Positions 52,624-64,000 of a stretch of DNA of 64,000 nt are shown piece by piece. This DNA is from Guillardia theta CCMP2712 (taxonomy: Eukaryota > Protista > Cryptophyta), in assembly GCF_000315625.1 (NCBI RefSeq), contig NW_005434529.1, forward strand, positions 96,975 through 160,974. The letters run 5' to 3'. Positions within the stretch are counted from its first letter, which is position 1, and the number at the start of each line of letters is the position of its first letter. A program made the translations under genes and the position numbers. Under the pieces are notes generated by a model. That model was given only the letters and a program-made list of their open reading frames with translations, did no database searches and was not told the DNA's origin.

Positions 52624-55600
52624 TTGCAACTTCATCTGGCAAGACAATCGCTGAACGGTCTTGTTCAAGTTCACGAGCTAACAATTCAATGTTTGATAGA
52701 TGAGATGACAGGAAGGGAGCAAGCGATCCAATTCGATCGATTGCCGTCCAACTATTCTCTCGACAGCCTCGAAACGAATGAGATGCATCGCAGGCACATC
52801 ACCTTCGATGACGATGACATGCAGCAAGGTCTGCAGCAGCAGCTGGACGCTCTGCACGAGAGGCTCGTCGCAGCTCATCGTTCGAGGGATGAGCATGAAA
52901 CATGCGCGCGGCTGCAGCAGGGCGTGAGAGTTTTGACTTGGCAGGTGGCTCAGAGCATGAAGGCGTTGGATCGCTTCCTGTGCTGCTACACGGAGAGCCT
53001 CCTGCTTGACCCGGACCCTGAGCGTCTGACCGTCTTCGAGACCCTCGTTGACGACATCGAGCTTGCTCACGCCGCCATCCTACGACACCTCCAACTTCCC
53101 CGCGATGCACCCGCTTCGCTCCCTCCTGCCGCTCTTGGAGAGGAGAACGATGTGACAGACGAGGAGACGACCGGGAGCTCGGGGAGCTTGCTTGCTGCTC
53201 AGTTTGCTCTCAAAGTCGCCGAGGAGCGGCAAGAAGCCCTCGCGAGGCGATGTCGTCAGCTACAGGCGAAGCTCGAGGAGAGTGAGGAGCAGCGGCAGCG
53301 TCTAGCTGGCGCCGTGGTGGACCTGGGAAGAGACGTGACGTGGAAGCGAGAGCAGACGCCGTCGTATGCCAACCGGAAACCTGCTGGCATGGAGACGAAG
53401 AGAAGCAAGAAAGAGATGAAGAGAGACGCTATGGCTCCGATGAGCGATGATGTGCCGATGGAGCTTGCTGGTGCACGGCAGCGCATTTCATACCTCGAAC
53501 AAGAGAACGCAAAGCTCAACTTCCTCTACAAGAGCTCCCTCCAGCAGCTACAAACGATGATACGACAAAAGCAGGACAAGACTCGTGGTGTTTCCTCTAC
53601 CTCCGAGTTGGAGAAGCTGCTCCACAAGCGCGAGCTCGAGATAGAATGGCTGAACGAGGAGCTCAAGGTGGCGGCGAGCAGAGCTGCTCCTCTCCCCCCC
53701 GACCTGCAGGTCGCCCACTCCTTCACCTGCAGACTGTACGACGACCTGCGACTCGCTTGCCATGACCTTGACAACCTCCTCCGAGACTTGAAGGAGAGCG
53801 AGTCCTCGTACAACCCCCGAGTGATGGCCATGGCTCAAGACCTTCAGCGCTTGAAGCAGGTCCTCCACGATCTTGACCTCCTCCTCGCTGACGCCTCGCT
53901 TGCAGGAGAACAGCTTGCTGCGCTACCGGAATGAAGAGCTGGGGCTTCAGCTGGACCTCCGCTCTTTCAGCGCCTCGAGCTCCCAGCTCGACAAGGTCAC
54001 CTTGCTCACCAAGAGGGTGATGAAGAGATCGCACCGCAAGCTGCTGGGCTTCTGCTGGTCTCTCTGGGTCTTCAAGGGCCGGGCACGAAGAGACACCTTC
54101 ACGAGGATCGAGGAGAGTCTGCAGCCCTACCTGCTGGAGGCGTGCAGCCTCAAGAATCACCGGCAGCTCGAGCATGACCTCATGGATCGCGTCTCCGCTG
54201 CTGCCGCCCGAGTCCTCTCCTCCCTCGCTGACAAGGTTGAGGCCGTGCGGGAGGCTCGGGCAGCCCTAGGTGACGTCACGGGGATGATGGTGGAGATGAC
54301 GGAGAGGCAGCGAGCGGCGAGGAGGGAAGAGGACGCGGCTAGCGACAAGGAGGCTCGCCTCCTCCTCGAGCTCCGCGCCGAGGGACTTGGAGGAGACGAG
54401 GGCTCTCGCTCTGCAGAGGTCACTTCTTCCAACACGATGTTTCGGTTCCTGCAGGAGGTGTACAGCATCCTCCGAGAAGCTCTCATCGACGGGCAGACGC
54501 GCGGGGAGCTGATAGATGCTCTCAAGAGGATGAGCATCAGTCAGTCGCCTGGAGGGCTTGAGGTGACTGCGAGGGCCAAGGAGGAGTGGTTCACTACCCT
54601 GTTCTCGCTGCGAGACTCGCTGGTGCTGTTCCTCGAGAGGGAAGCGAGACGGGAAGGGCCGGGCAGGCAATCCAGGCAGACGCTGGTCGATGCGGCTACA
54701 CAGGTTGAGGAATCGCAGACGAGCTCGAAACCAGCGACTCCGACGAGGCCGCAGACGAAGACGAAGAGGGAGGGGAAGGAGGTGATAGCCTCCCCGGCAA
54801 GCGAGGGGCGGGGCTGCCGAGCGATGTGATGAAGCAGAAGCTGTCGGAGATGGACCTGCTGGTGAAGATGCTGCGAGCCGAGCTCCGCTCCAAGAACGAG
54901 GAGCTGAAGCGACTCCATGACAGCTCAGCTAGAGCTAGAGACAAGGAGGCTCATCTCACGACCGTTCAAGATGCCTGCCAGCATGTCGCCGCCCAGCTTG
55001 TTGCCGAGCTCGTTGACTTTGCTGAAGCTGCTGGGGCGATGCTGGAAGCGCAAGAGGAGACGATCGGAAGCGTCCACCACCATCTGCGGGAGTTGAGATC
55101 CACCAGCACGAAGATCTACCGGCTGGAGGTGAAGATGAGGAGGAGGAGTTGACTCGCTTACCCTCCGACTAGGCCCGAGTTGGAGATCAGGAGGGGCAGA
55201 TCGAAAGCAAGGACAGGAGGGTGAAGGAGCTCAACCTGAGGTTGCAGGTGAGCCTTGTAACCTGATGGAGGGAGCGAGAGGCCTGAAGCTGAGCAGGAAG
55301 CGTGCGAGTCTTCGATAGCAGCGCTGAGGTGAGCGAGGAGAGGGAGGAGGGGAGGCTGACGAGGGGGGAAGGAAGGGGAATCGGATGGTGGAGGTGAAGG
55401 ACAAGGAGATCGAAGAGCTTCGAGTCATCGTCTCCGACCAGCAGCTCCGCATCGACAGTCTGGAGCGAGAGGTCCACCACCAGGTCAAGCTCGCGGCCGA
55501 GGGCAGGAGATCACATGGGCCAGGAGACTCGTCCTGGCGCTCTGATAGGTCTGCTCCTTGCTTCCTCTTCCTCCTCCTTCCTCTCCTCCTCCTCCCGACG

Positions 55601-55926
55601 TCTGGATGACCTCCAGTCAGAGAGCCCTCGCGCGTGAAGCCTGGCGCCAACGAGGACGAAGCCAAGGAAGGGATGGACCATGACGGCATGTCGACGAGCA
55701 GCTCTGACAGCTTCAGGCGAGCAGGAGGACAGGAGGGACGATGCTGATCCTCCAGCAGGTCCCCCAACAGATCTTCTTCGCGGGATCTCAGCATGTCGGG
55801 TAAGAGCTCGCGCATGCCGACGTGAGAGAAGTACAAGTGAGCCGCTGCAGGGCTCGTCCCCTCCGTGCGGGAGAAGGCTCTTCGTGCCAAGTGCGAGTAC
55901 CTCGAGGTAGCAGAGAGCTCCAGTCG

Positions 55927-55959
<33 letters not shown>

Positions 55960-56052
55960 ACTCGTGTTTCTCCTCCTCCTGACAGTTGTGCAGGGAAAGG
56001 TCACGATGCTGAGCTCGCAGCTCAAGAGTCACTTGCAGGAGAGCCGTGCGTA
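52624..56052 (+). CDS. Hypothetical long coiled-coil protein, multi-exon (ends approximate)
   Basis: Consecutive long heptad-rich ORFs (436, 318, 108 aa and smaller) separated by short GT-AG intron candidates; no family recognised. Confidence 0.55.
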
Positions 56053-56273
56053 AAGATTTTATAGGAGAGAGAGAGAGAGAAGATGAACGAATACTAGAAG
56101 ATTACTTGGAGCACATTGGGCATCTGATCGAGCGGTCAGAGAGGCGCAGGGAGGAAGTTGAGAGAGGACGGTGGGAGGGGATCGGACGAGCAGCGAAGAG
56201 GAGGGAGTAAGAGGAGGGAGTAAGAGGAGGGAGTAAGAGGAGGGAGTTAGGTGAGGAGCTGATTTAGTCACAC

Positions 56274-56528
56274 TCACTCGAGATCGACCCCGTCCTGTCC
56301 CCTGGCCTTCTTGTTCGATCCCATGCTCCACAGCCCCTGAGCCTTGGGAATCAACAGCCTCGGCTCCTGCAGCATGTCAGCTCCTCCTCCTCCCTCAGCT
56401 TGAACCCTTACGGGATCTCCCGGGATGGCTGGATGGACTCTACCAGCATGTGCGGCCCAGTTGGTCATGGGCGACATGAGGTAACTCTCGTAGCTCAGAA
56501 TCTGCGAGGCTACATCAGTCCTGGCCAT
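56274..56528 (-). CDS. Small hypothetical protein
   Basis: ATG-initiated ORF with an in-frame 45-nt GTAAGG...CTGCAG intron candidate; no homology recognised. Confidence 0.3.
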   Translation of the reverse strand: MARTDVASQILSYESYLMSPMTNWAAHAGRVHPAIPGDPVRVQAEGGGGADMLQEPRLLIPKAQGLWSMGSNKKARGQDGVDLE

Positions 56529-57802
56529 GGTCCCCTCTTCGGCCTTTTCTCTCTTCCCTGCTCGCCCCTTGTACTGCTAGAATTGCTGACGCACATGCTA
56601 TTCAAGAAACTTGTTGTCTTCAAGATTTTGTGATAAACAAAAACTCTTGAGAATCCTTCCCGCCGTACGGCTCACTTGAGTAAAATGTCTCTTTCCTCGA
56701 CGATTCCATTCCTCGATCCTCATTCATGTTTCATGACCTCGTGCTCCCTAGATCGCATTCGCTACATTGCATCACTTGACCTTGTTGTTCGCTATCACTC
56801 TCATCTTCTCGTGATCCTCAAGTCGTGAAAACACTCCTTCCCTCTCCCCCTCTCCCTCTCCCTCTCCTCTTCCCCTCTATCCCCTCCCTGTCTCCCTGTC
56901 TCCCTGTCTCCCTCTCCCACCCTCTCCCTCTCTTCCTCTCTTCTTCTCCCCATACTCGTTCTGCTCATCCCCTCCTCTTCTCTCCCTCCTCCTCTTCCTC
57001 CTCCTCACCTCAAACGCCATGGCCGTCCCCGAAATAGCGATCACTGCAAGGATCTCCGTCAGATAGACCTGGATTAAAAAAAATAGGGGATGAGGGCCAG
57101 GGCGATTATAGGTATGTGCGGGGATGTGGTCCCTGAGCTGAAGAGGCGCGGGCGACGATGGAGCGATGGCGACAAGCGGTAAGAGGAGAAGAGAGGAGGA
57201 GAAGAAGAGAGGAGGAGAAGAGAAGGAGATGAGATGAAGGGGATGAGATGAGAGGACGGAAGGAGAGAAGATAGGATGAGAATATGACCAAGAGAAGCGA
57301 AGGGATAGAGAGGAAACGAGGAGAGAAGTAATGAAAGCGTGAGAACAAGCGAAGACAGAGGGAGGGATGCTTCTAAGTTACAAGAACACAACACTAGAAA
57401 TTTCTTGCCTTCATGTTATCTCGTTGTTTTTCGTGTAAGAGAAGGGGGCATACCAAAGAGATCACATCAGAAACCCAGACAAGGCTAAAAAGGATACACG
57501 CAAATAATCAAACCCTTAAAGTAAACAAGAGATGTCAATAAGAGACAGAAACAAGAGAAGGAGATGACATGAGTCGAGATGCGAGGGGAGGAGAGCAGGG
57601 GGGAGAAGAGGTAAGCCAAGAATGAAAGCAGATGAGGAGGGAAGCGAAGAAGTGGGACAAGAGGAATCGCGACAAGTTAAGGTTTGAAAGCAGCATGGCT
57701 CAACCAAGAGAGTAGTATATGTGAATCGATCAAGATGGGTAGCTTGATCACTCAGCAGCATGAGGGGGGCAGATGCAGTAGGACTGACATTAACCACATG
57801 CC

Positions 57803-59882
57803 ATGAAGGGTCAAAGATGGTTTGACCTTGACTCACGTCTTGTTTCAGGCCGCTTGTCTCGTCGTACTTACCGTCTGCCTGTACGGCTTCGGGCGGAGTG
57901 GGAGGAGGGAGAACGTATTGCTGCAGGTAACGTGACGATTCTTAAAAGTTCTTTGAGGGCTTCAAGCAGGATCGGTTTCCTTTACTGCGATCTCACGACA
58001 GCCTCGGTATGCCCTCCTCCTCCTTCATCGCCATGAGGCTAAGTCTCGTTTCCAGGTCGTCGGAGTATGCTGGCTCAGACAATCATCCAAGGTTGGGTCT
58101 TGGTGACTCCTGGTCTGACCCTGACGATGGCGAGCAGTTCCGTCTTGCATGAACCCGCCGTGTCTAAGTGCCGCCGATGCCACCCCGCACAGACTTCAGG
58201 TGCGTCAGTTGGTGCGGTCCCGCCTCGTGACCTGGGGGCTGAAATGGCGGCAGAACATCTTGCAAGGGCTGCAAGACTTCGAGGAGAAGCTCAAGGATTT
58301 CAGCGGAAACTCCAACGACTGGAAGGTTTTGACCCGACGGTTACAAAGATGTGAAGCTGAAGGACTTGAACAGGAGAAGATGATGGACGCTGAGAAGCGC
58401 GAGCGAGTGAAGCTGGGTGACGTGCAGGCCAAGTCAGACGAGGTGGAGATCGCTTCGGCTCCATGGCTTCTTCTCGTCTGATGGCCCCCACCAGGTCTGG
58501 CAGGAGGAAGGAAACGTCATCAACTTCTTGAAGACTCCTGGCCCCGCGGGTCCTCGTGGCAGCCCCGGCAGCCCTGGACGTCCCGGGCAGAACGGTGAGG
58601 GTCGCGTCTTCTTGTGTCTCGTGTGATGGGGATGAGCAGGATTCGTTGGTCTGCGAGGTAGCAGAGGGCCCGAAGGGAAGGACGGACTGGACGGAGAGCC
58701 AGGCATTCCAGGTATCCTCCAGCTGTTGACCTACTGGGGATTTTGACATGGAACAAGGTCCTCCTGGTCCCCCTGGAGCCTCTGGAGCTGCAGGCCCACC
58801 TGGCATGGAGGTGAGACTAGCGCGCCGCTCGAGAGTCTCGTGAGCCTCTGCAGGGTCCCATGGGGATCGAGGGAGCCGTAGGACTGAGAGGGCCGGAGGG
58901 GTCGCCAGGGGCCATGGGAGCACGGTAGGGCTGCAGGAGAAACTCGTGGCTGTGGTTGACGCGCACATGGCAGCGGAGACAAGGGCGAGACTGGCGACGC
59001 AGGACTTTCGGTAAGACTGGAGAGCTCTCAGTCGTTCCATCTCACCTTCTCCTCAGGGCCCGATGGGTCTGACAGTCGTCGGCGAACGAGGCCCCATCGG
59101 TCCCATGGGACACGCGGGCCCAACGGGCCCACCGGGACCAGCGGGACCGGAAGGAGCTCAAGTAAGAGAGGGAGAAGAGGGGGAGGAGAGAGAAGGGATG
59201 GGCTGGGGGAGGAAAGAGGAAGGAACTGAACTGCTTGCAGGGGCTGGAAGGACATGTTGGGCTCCAAGGCGAGCGCGGCGCCAGCGTGGGATGGTGGTAC
59301 CATGGGGCGGAAGGCGCCAAGTGAGGCTTTCGGCCGCTGGTGGGCTGGTGCTGAAGTCTGAGTGCAGGGGTAGAGGAGGATCAGAGAGCAAGAAGTCAGA
59401 CAAGTCGAAGTCAGAGGGCGAGAAGCTCGCGGTTCTCTTCCCCTCTCTCCTGCTCCTCTCCTGATGACTTTGTGAAGGGATGCGGCAAGGGCGGCTGCTG
59501 CGGACCTTCAGGACAAGACCACATAGGGAACAGCGGCTTCTTCCTCGGCTGCAACACTGTGAGTTGCCCTCCTTCCTCTCCCTCCTCCTCATCCTGTTCC
59601 CAGCTCGAGGCCGGCTCGACCATCGAGATCTACACGGACAAGTTTCCCGTCAAGGGCAACAGGTGGGCGCGAGGAGGCGGTGCAAGCTAGTGACGTCATG
59701 AGCAGCCAGAAGTCGAGGCAGCTGAGCAAGCTCAAGCAGCAGAAGCTCAAGCAGCAGCAGGTGACGATGCTTGCTGCCTGTGCCTGCTCCCAGTGACGTC
59801 GTAGCAGCTGCAGCATGTAGCAGCGCTTCCGGGCCAACAGAAGAGGCTGAGGCGTGGCGCGAGACATGGCGAGCTACACTGA
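57803..59882 (+). CDS. Collagen-like protein: coiled-coil region, 48 Gly-X-Y triplets, Cys-containing C-terminal domain (ends approximate)
   Basis: Seven small exons (58494-59320) splice at canonical GT-AG sites into a continuous Gly-X-Y frame with one VV interruption. Confidence 0.8.
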
Positions 59883-60043
59883 GCGACATGGAGGGAGGAG
59901 CAGGAGACCCTCTGAGCTTGTTGTATATAGAGGCATGATAGAGAAGTAGGTGACCGGAGACAAGTTGGTTCTTGACTGAACTACGTTGAGCACAATCGAG
60001 GCTCTCCTCCTCCTCCTCCTCCTCCTCCTCCTCCTCTCCTCCC

Positions 60044-63000
60044 TCACCTGTTCCTCGCCTGCCCTGCCTGTGTCGAGTTGCCCTTCCCCGCCGCGTCGTC
60101 GCCCCACAGCGACGGCACTCCGACCGACCATGGCGGCGAGTAGGCGGTGGGGATGGCAGTGAAGGACCCGATGATCTCGCTCAGCTGCACTTTGAGCGCC
60201 TGCTGCCTCGCCCAGCTCGCCGTCTTGACCGCCGCCTGAGCGAAGGCGTCGGAGGCTGAGGCAGGGCCGCTGGAGAAGTGACGCTGGACGAAGGCGATGC
60301 CCTCCGTCAGGTCGACCGCGTTGCCGACCCGGATCAGCTCGGGGATGCTCTCGACCGAGTCCAGCTCGATGGGCCCGCTGAGCGTCGGCTCGATGCGGTA
60401 GTAGCGCTTGTCCGGGTGGAAGCCCTTGGACGGGGCGTTGAGCATGTAGCGGAGGAGAAGCTCCGACGACAGCGAGTCTCCGTCGAGCATCAGGTCGAAG
60501 ATGTAGGGGACCCAGTCCTTGATACCCCAGTCCAGGTCCTGCTCCTCCGCCTCGTGGATCGCGATAGGGAAGTTCCCGGCCCCGACCGACAGCACCACCA
60601 CGTTCTCAGGCGTCACCCGCGGGAAGTGCGCGCAGGCCTTGCTGACGGCGAGCATGCTCGGGTTGTTGGCGAACATGGCGCCGTCCACGTAGCCCTTGTG
60701 CGAGGGGAAGTAGGTGGGAGCAGCTGAGGTTCTGAGGGCCGCGTCCCAGGCGTACAAGTTGAGATCGGGCTCGATCACTCCGTCGAGTCTGGGGATGTTG
60801 GAGAACACGGCTGGGCGCCACCCGCCGTTCATGTTGATGAAGGCGCCCATGTTGCCTGTCTTGCCATCGAGCTTGAAGGAGGTGACAACCACGTGCTTCT
60901 TGAGGTCCCGCAGCGTCCTGTCCTCCCCGAGGTAGGTGCGGCAGAGGTCTTCCCGTCCCTTGGGGCTGTACTTGGCCTTGAGCGGGTTGTAGATCCTCCA
61001 GGGGTCCTTGGCGAAGATGAGAGGACACGCGTACTCGTAGATCTTCTGGCACTCCTCCGGCGTGTAGCCCACGGCGAGCATGAGGGCGATGAGACCGCCG
61101 GTCGACGTGCCGGCCAGCAGGTCGACGTTGTCGAGGAAGGTCGGGACAGCCTTGAGGAGCCTGGCGAGGATGACAGCAGACAAAATGCCGCGCACGCCCC
61201 CCCCGTCTAGCGAGAGGATCCTGAACTCAGGGAGCGAGCAGTCGGGGGAGGTCCAGGGGGAGCGGGGGGGCCCGGTGGACGCGTACTTGATGAAGGGAAT
61301 GACGGGAGGAGGTGCGTTGGCGGTCAGGACCGGATCCTCCTGCTCAAAGAGCTCCGGGTCCTTGGCGATCCAAACCTCATCCTTGAGGGCCTCGTCGGGC
61401 AGCCACAGCACCTGCTTCAACCACACGTTCCCTCCGTCCTCCGTCACGTTCTCCTGCTCTCCCCTCCGCCCTGCGCTCGCGTTCACCAGCCTCTCCCCCT
61501 GCTGCCTTCGTGTTGGGTCAGCAACGGAGGGAGAGGGCCCTTGCGGGACGCCCTCCTGCCGCCTTGCCTTCTCCTCCTCCCCCTGTTCTGCCTTGCCTTG
61601 GCTGGCGTTGACAGCAGCCTGTCTGCCAGGAGTTCGCAGGAGCTGCGAGGAGATGTCGTACATGTCCTGGTTCTTCCAGGTCTGAGGTTGTACATCTTTC
61701 TCCTTCCATATCGCTGTCATGTTGTTCCCCTCCCGATCGCAGTACTCGATCACCAGGAGCTTGTTGGAGCCGAACGCTGGATCTCCCAGCAGCTGGTTCA
61801 GATCGAAGGGGAGGGACAGGAAGCCGCTGAGCGTCTTGCCATCGTTCTGCTCCCGCGGGACCAGCCGCAGGGCTCCCAGCACCTTTCCTGTCACGTCCTT
61901 GCCCACCTTGGCTGGATCGTCGGAGTTCCAGAGGTTCGACCAGAGTTGGTCCATGCTCGTCCGGTTCTTGGGGGTCGACTCAGCCCTGCCTTCTCCAGCT
62001 GGTCCTCTCCTCTTCGACTCCTGCCGACCCGACAACTTCTCCAGGTCTTTCTCGCTGCCGTACCAAGCGTGCTTGATCTCCGCAACTCCGTCCAGGTACC
62101 TCTCCTTGGGCAACTTGTCTTCTCCCTCTTCCTTCTTCAGCACTCTCTGAGTCTGCTCTTCCTTCTGCTGCCCCCGCGTACTCGCTCCTCCTCCTCCTCC
62201 TCTCTTCTCTCCCGCGTCTCCCCTGAACACATTGAAGCTGCTCAAAAACGACCCCACGGCTTGCGCGAGTCGTTGCCGCTTGGACGCAGGTGTCGGTTCC
62301 TCTTCGATTCTGATCAGCGTCTTGGTCCCCAACCTCTCCACCGACACGCTGGGAATCGACGGGCGTCCGCCGGCTCGAGAGCTGCTGTTCATCCCCTGCT
62401 GCGTCCCAGCAGCCCTGAGGCTGAAGGTCTTGGTCTTGGTGCCGTTGTCTATCCCGAGGGACGCTGCCTTCTTCTCGAGGTTCGAGACTTTGATGGCTGA
62501 GAACGCAAGCTCCCGACGCGCCTCCTCCAGCTCCTGCGCGATCACATCCTGCAGCTTCGACTCTATCCTGCTCACTTCCTCAAGGTCCTGCGCCCGCTGC
62601 GTGGACCGCAGCAGCTCCGTCAGGTCCTCCGTCACGTTGAGCACGGCTGACTGCAGCTGGTAGATGGCGTTGGCCAGGTCCGGCTCCTGAGGTTGAGACA
62701 GCAAGTCGCGCAGCTGGTCAAGCCTCACCCCGACCTGATCCACCATCCGCCACAATTCCAGCTGACCGTCGCTGGATGTCGACAGGCCCTCGGGCTGCTG
62801 GGGTCCTGCTGGGGTCGGAGGGTCGCTGGCAGAGCCCCCAGTTCGATTCCTGGCGTCTTGCAGCTTCTCTTGCATGTCTGTGAAGGGAGGGAAGCCGAAG
62901 GGGATGGAGGGAAAGGTGCTCTGACTGTCCTGCTGGAGCTTCGAGAACGTCTCGTTGGGGATGGGGAAGGACTCGTTGGCTACGAGCTTCTCCCGGTTGA

Positions 63001-63319
63001 TGTACGGCGATGAGTTCAGCACGGTAGACGGGAGCTTGCTCAGCAGGACGTCCCATGCGCTGGACTGGGAGGAGGAGGAGGTTGAATTCTGCTGTCCGTC
63101 TGTTGGGTCGCTGCTAGAGCTCAGAAGTAGCGCGGCGCTCTGCCTCCTCGCATGCCAGCGGCTGATCCTGACGATCCTTTGTTGTCGTGACCTCCAGCAT
63201 GTGCGAGCGTCACCGCAGGGACCAGGTCGCAAGGGCAGGGAGGGGAGGAGGGAGGAAGCAAACTGCCAGCCGCAGCTGACGAGGAGCAGAGAAGTCAAGG
63301 GGGGACAGCGGAGCCTCAT
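60044..63319 (-). CDS. Patatin-like phospholipase with long N-terminal extension and probable signal + transit peptide
   Basis: ILSLDGGGVRG (oxyanion), GTSTG (catalytic Ser), SAAPTYF, YVDGA (catalytic Asp); 1091-aa open ORF. Confidence 0.9.
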   Translation of the reverse strand: MRLRCPPLTSLLLVSCGWQFASSLLPSLPLRPGPCGDARTCWRSRQQRIVRISRWHARRQSAALLLSSSSDPTDGQQNSTSSSSQSSAWDVLLSKLPSTVLNSSPYINREKLVANESFPIPNETFSKLQQDSQSTFPSIPFGFPPFTDMQEKLQDARNRTGGSASDPPTPAGPQQPEGLSTSSDGQLELWRMVDQVGVRLDQLRDLLSQPQEPDLANAIYQLQSAVLNVTEDLTELLRSTQRAQDLEEVSRIESKLQDVIAQELEEARRELAFSAIKVSNLEKKAASLGIDNGTKTKTFSLRAAGTQQGMNSSSRAGGRPSIPSVSVERLGTKTLIRIEEEPTPASKRQRLAQAVGSFLSSFNVFRGDAGEKRGGGGGASTRGQQKEEQTQRVLKKEEGEDKLPKERYLDGVAEIKHAWYGSEKDLEKLSGRQESKRRGPAGEGRAESTPKNRTSMDQLWSNLWNSDDPAKVGKDVTGKVLGALRLVPREQNDGKTLSGFLSLPFDLNQLLGDPAFGSNKLLVIEYCDREGNNMTAIWKEKDVQPQTWKNQDMYDISSQLLRTPGRQAAVNASQGKAEQGEEEKARRQEGVPQGPSPSVADPTRRQQGERLVNASAGRRGEQENVTEDGGNVWLKQVLWLPDEALKDEVWIAKDPELFEQEDPVLTANAPPPVIPFIKYASTGPPRSPWTSPDCSLPEFRILSLDGGGVRGILSAVILARLLKAVPTFLDNVDLLAGTSTGGLIALMLAVGYTPEECQKIYEYACPLIFAKDPWRIYNPLKAKYSPKGREDLCRTYLGEDRTLRDLKKHVVVTSFKLDGKTGNMGAFINMNGGWRPAVFSNIPRLDGVIEPDLNLYAWDAALRTSAAPTYFPSHKGYVDGAMFANNPSMLAVSKACAHFPRVTPENVVVLSVGAGNFPIAIHEAEEQDLDWGIKDWVPYIFDLMLDGDSLSSELLLRYMLNAPSKGFHPDKRYYRIEPTLSGPIELDSVESIPELIRVGNAVDLTEGIAFVQRHFSSGPASASDAFAQAAVKTASWARQQALKVQLSEIIGSFTAIPTAYSPPWSVGVPSLWGDDAAGKGNSTQAGQARNR

Positions 63320-64000
63320 GGGTGTGAGACTGCAAGGGAAGGAGCAAGGACTCTACGAGATCATCCCTGTTCACAAGTATCAATCGACATGATCGCATGA
63401 TTTCTTCTGGTCCATCGTTCCCTCCCTTGTTCTTCTTGCTCTTGCTCTTGCTCTTGCTCTTGCTCTGCCTCTACTCCTCTAACAATCGACTCTGAGTTGG
63501 GTAGAACATGTCCTGAGGTCTCTCCAATGGGTATGGTGATGGTGATGGTGGTGATAGTGAGAGCAAGTTCGAGTTGGAGGGTAGTCGAACAAGTGTCGAG
63601 GGCGAGCAGCATAGGAAGCAGCAGGCGAGGTGAGAAGAAATGGAAGTAGGTGAGAGACACGGAGGAAGGAAACAGCCAAAGGGACGAAAGGTGAAGAAGA
63701 CAGTAGAAGAAGACAGGAAGACTGTCTCCCTCGAAAGAAGGATAAGAAAGGGGAAATAGAGGTGGGTGAGAGGAGATTATAGAGTGTGCATGCGAGGGCA
63801 TGTAGAACAAGGTTGGAGGGGTCGTGGGGGGAAGAGAGAAGGAGGGAAGGAGAAAGAAGAGGATCAGCATAAGATAATGAAGAAGGAGAAGGGCATGGAG
63901 GAGGTGGAGGAGTAGGAGAGAGGAGAGAGGAGGAGGAGAGAGGAGGAGGAGGAGAGGAGGAGGAGGAGGAGGAGAGAGGAGGAGGAGGAGGAGAGAGGAG

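Noticed and set aside
58758-58810. Metazoan-type 54-bp collagen exon
   Set aside because: The exon is 53 nt with a phase-1 start, and the other exons (71, 37, 105 nt) do not follow the 54/phase-0 rule, so there is no evidence of homology to fibrillar collagen gene structure.

Overview
This is eukaryotic nuclear DNA, not prokaryotic. It is gene-dense, with GT-AG introns of mostly 45-60 nt, many of them expanded by GA/CT microsatellites, and it has three 100-N assembly gaps. The style suggests a cryptophyte alga of the Guillardia/Hanusia type (inference). Genes from left to right: a DUS1-like dihydrouridine synthase; SUZ12/VEFS-box (PRC2); LRRC6/DNAAF11; a mitochondrial phosphate-carrier fragment; a TPR-like hypothetical; tRNA-Leu(CAG); and a PB1-like/TM/alpha-beta-hydrolase/Cys-rich fusion gene. 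An AT-richer island (~19-30.8 kb) follows. It holds a decayed GTPase/SecA-like helicase/VWA gene and a possible meiotic axis protein (ASY3/SYCP2-like) that contains a frame-preserving tandem array of duplicated exon+intron units. After the island come a U-box E3; minisatellites; non-LTR retrotransposon debris forming a long inverted repeat; an intronless bacterial-type transglutaminase-like gene; a giant ankyrin/IQ/C2/TRAF-zf/WD40 gene; a coiled-coil gene; a collagen (48 Gly-X-Y triplets split over seven small exons); and a patatin-like lipase with a probable bipartite plastid-targeting leader. Gene models were spliced by eye, and ends marked approximate are uncertain.
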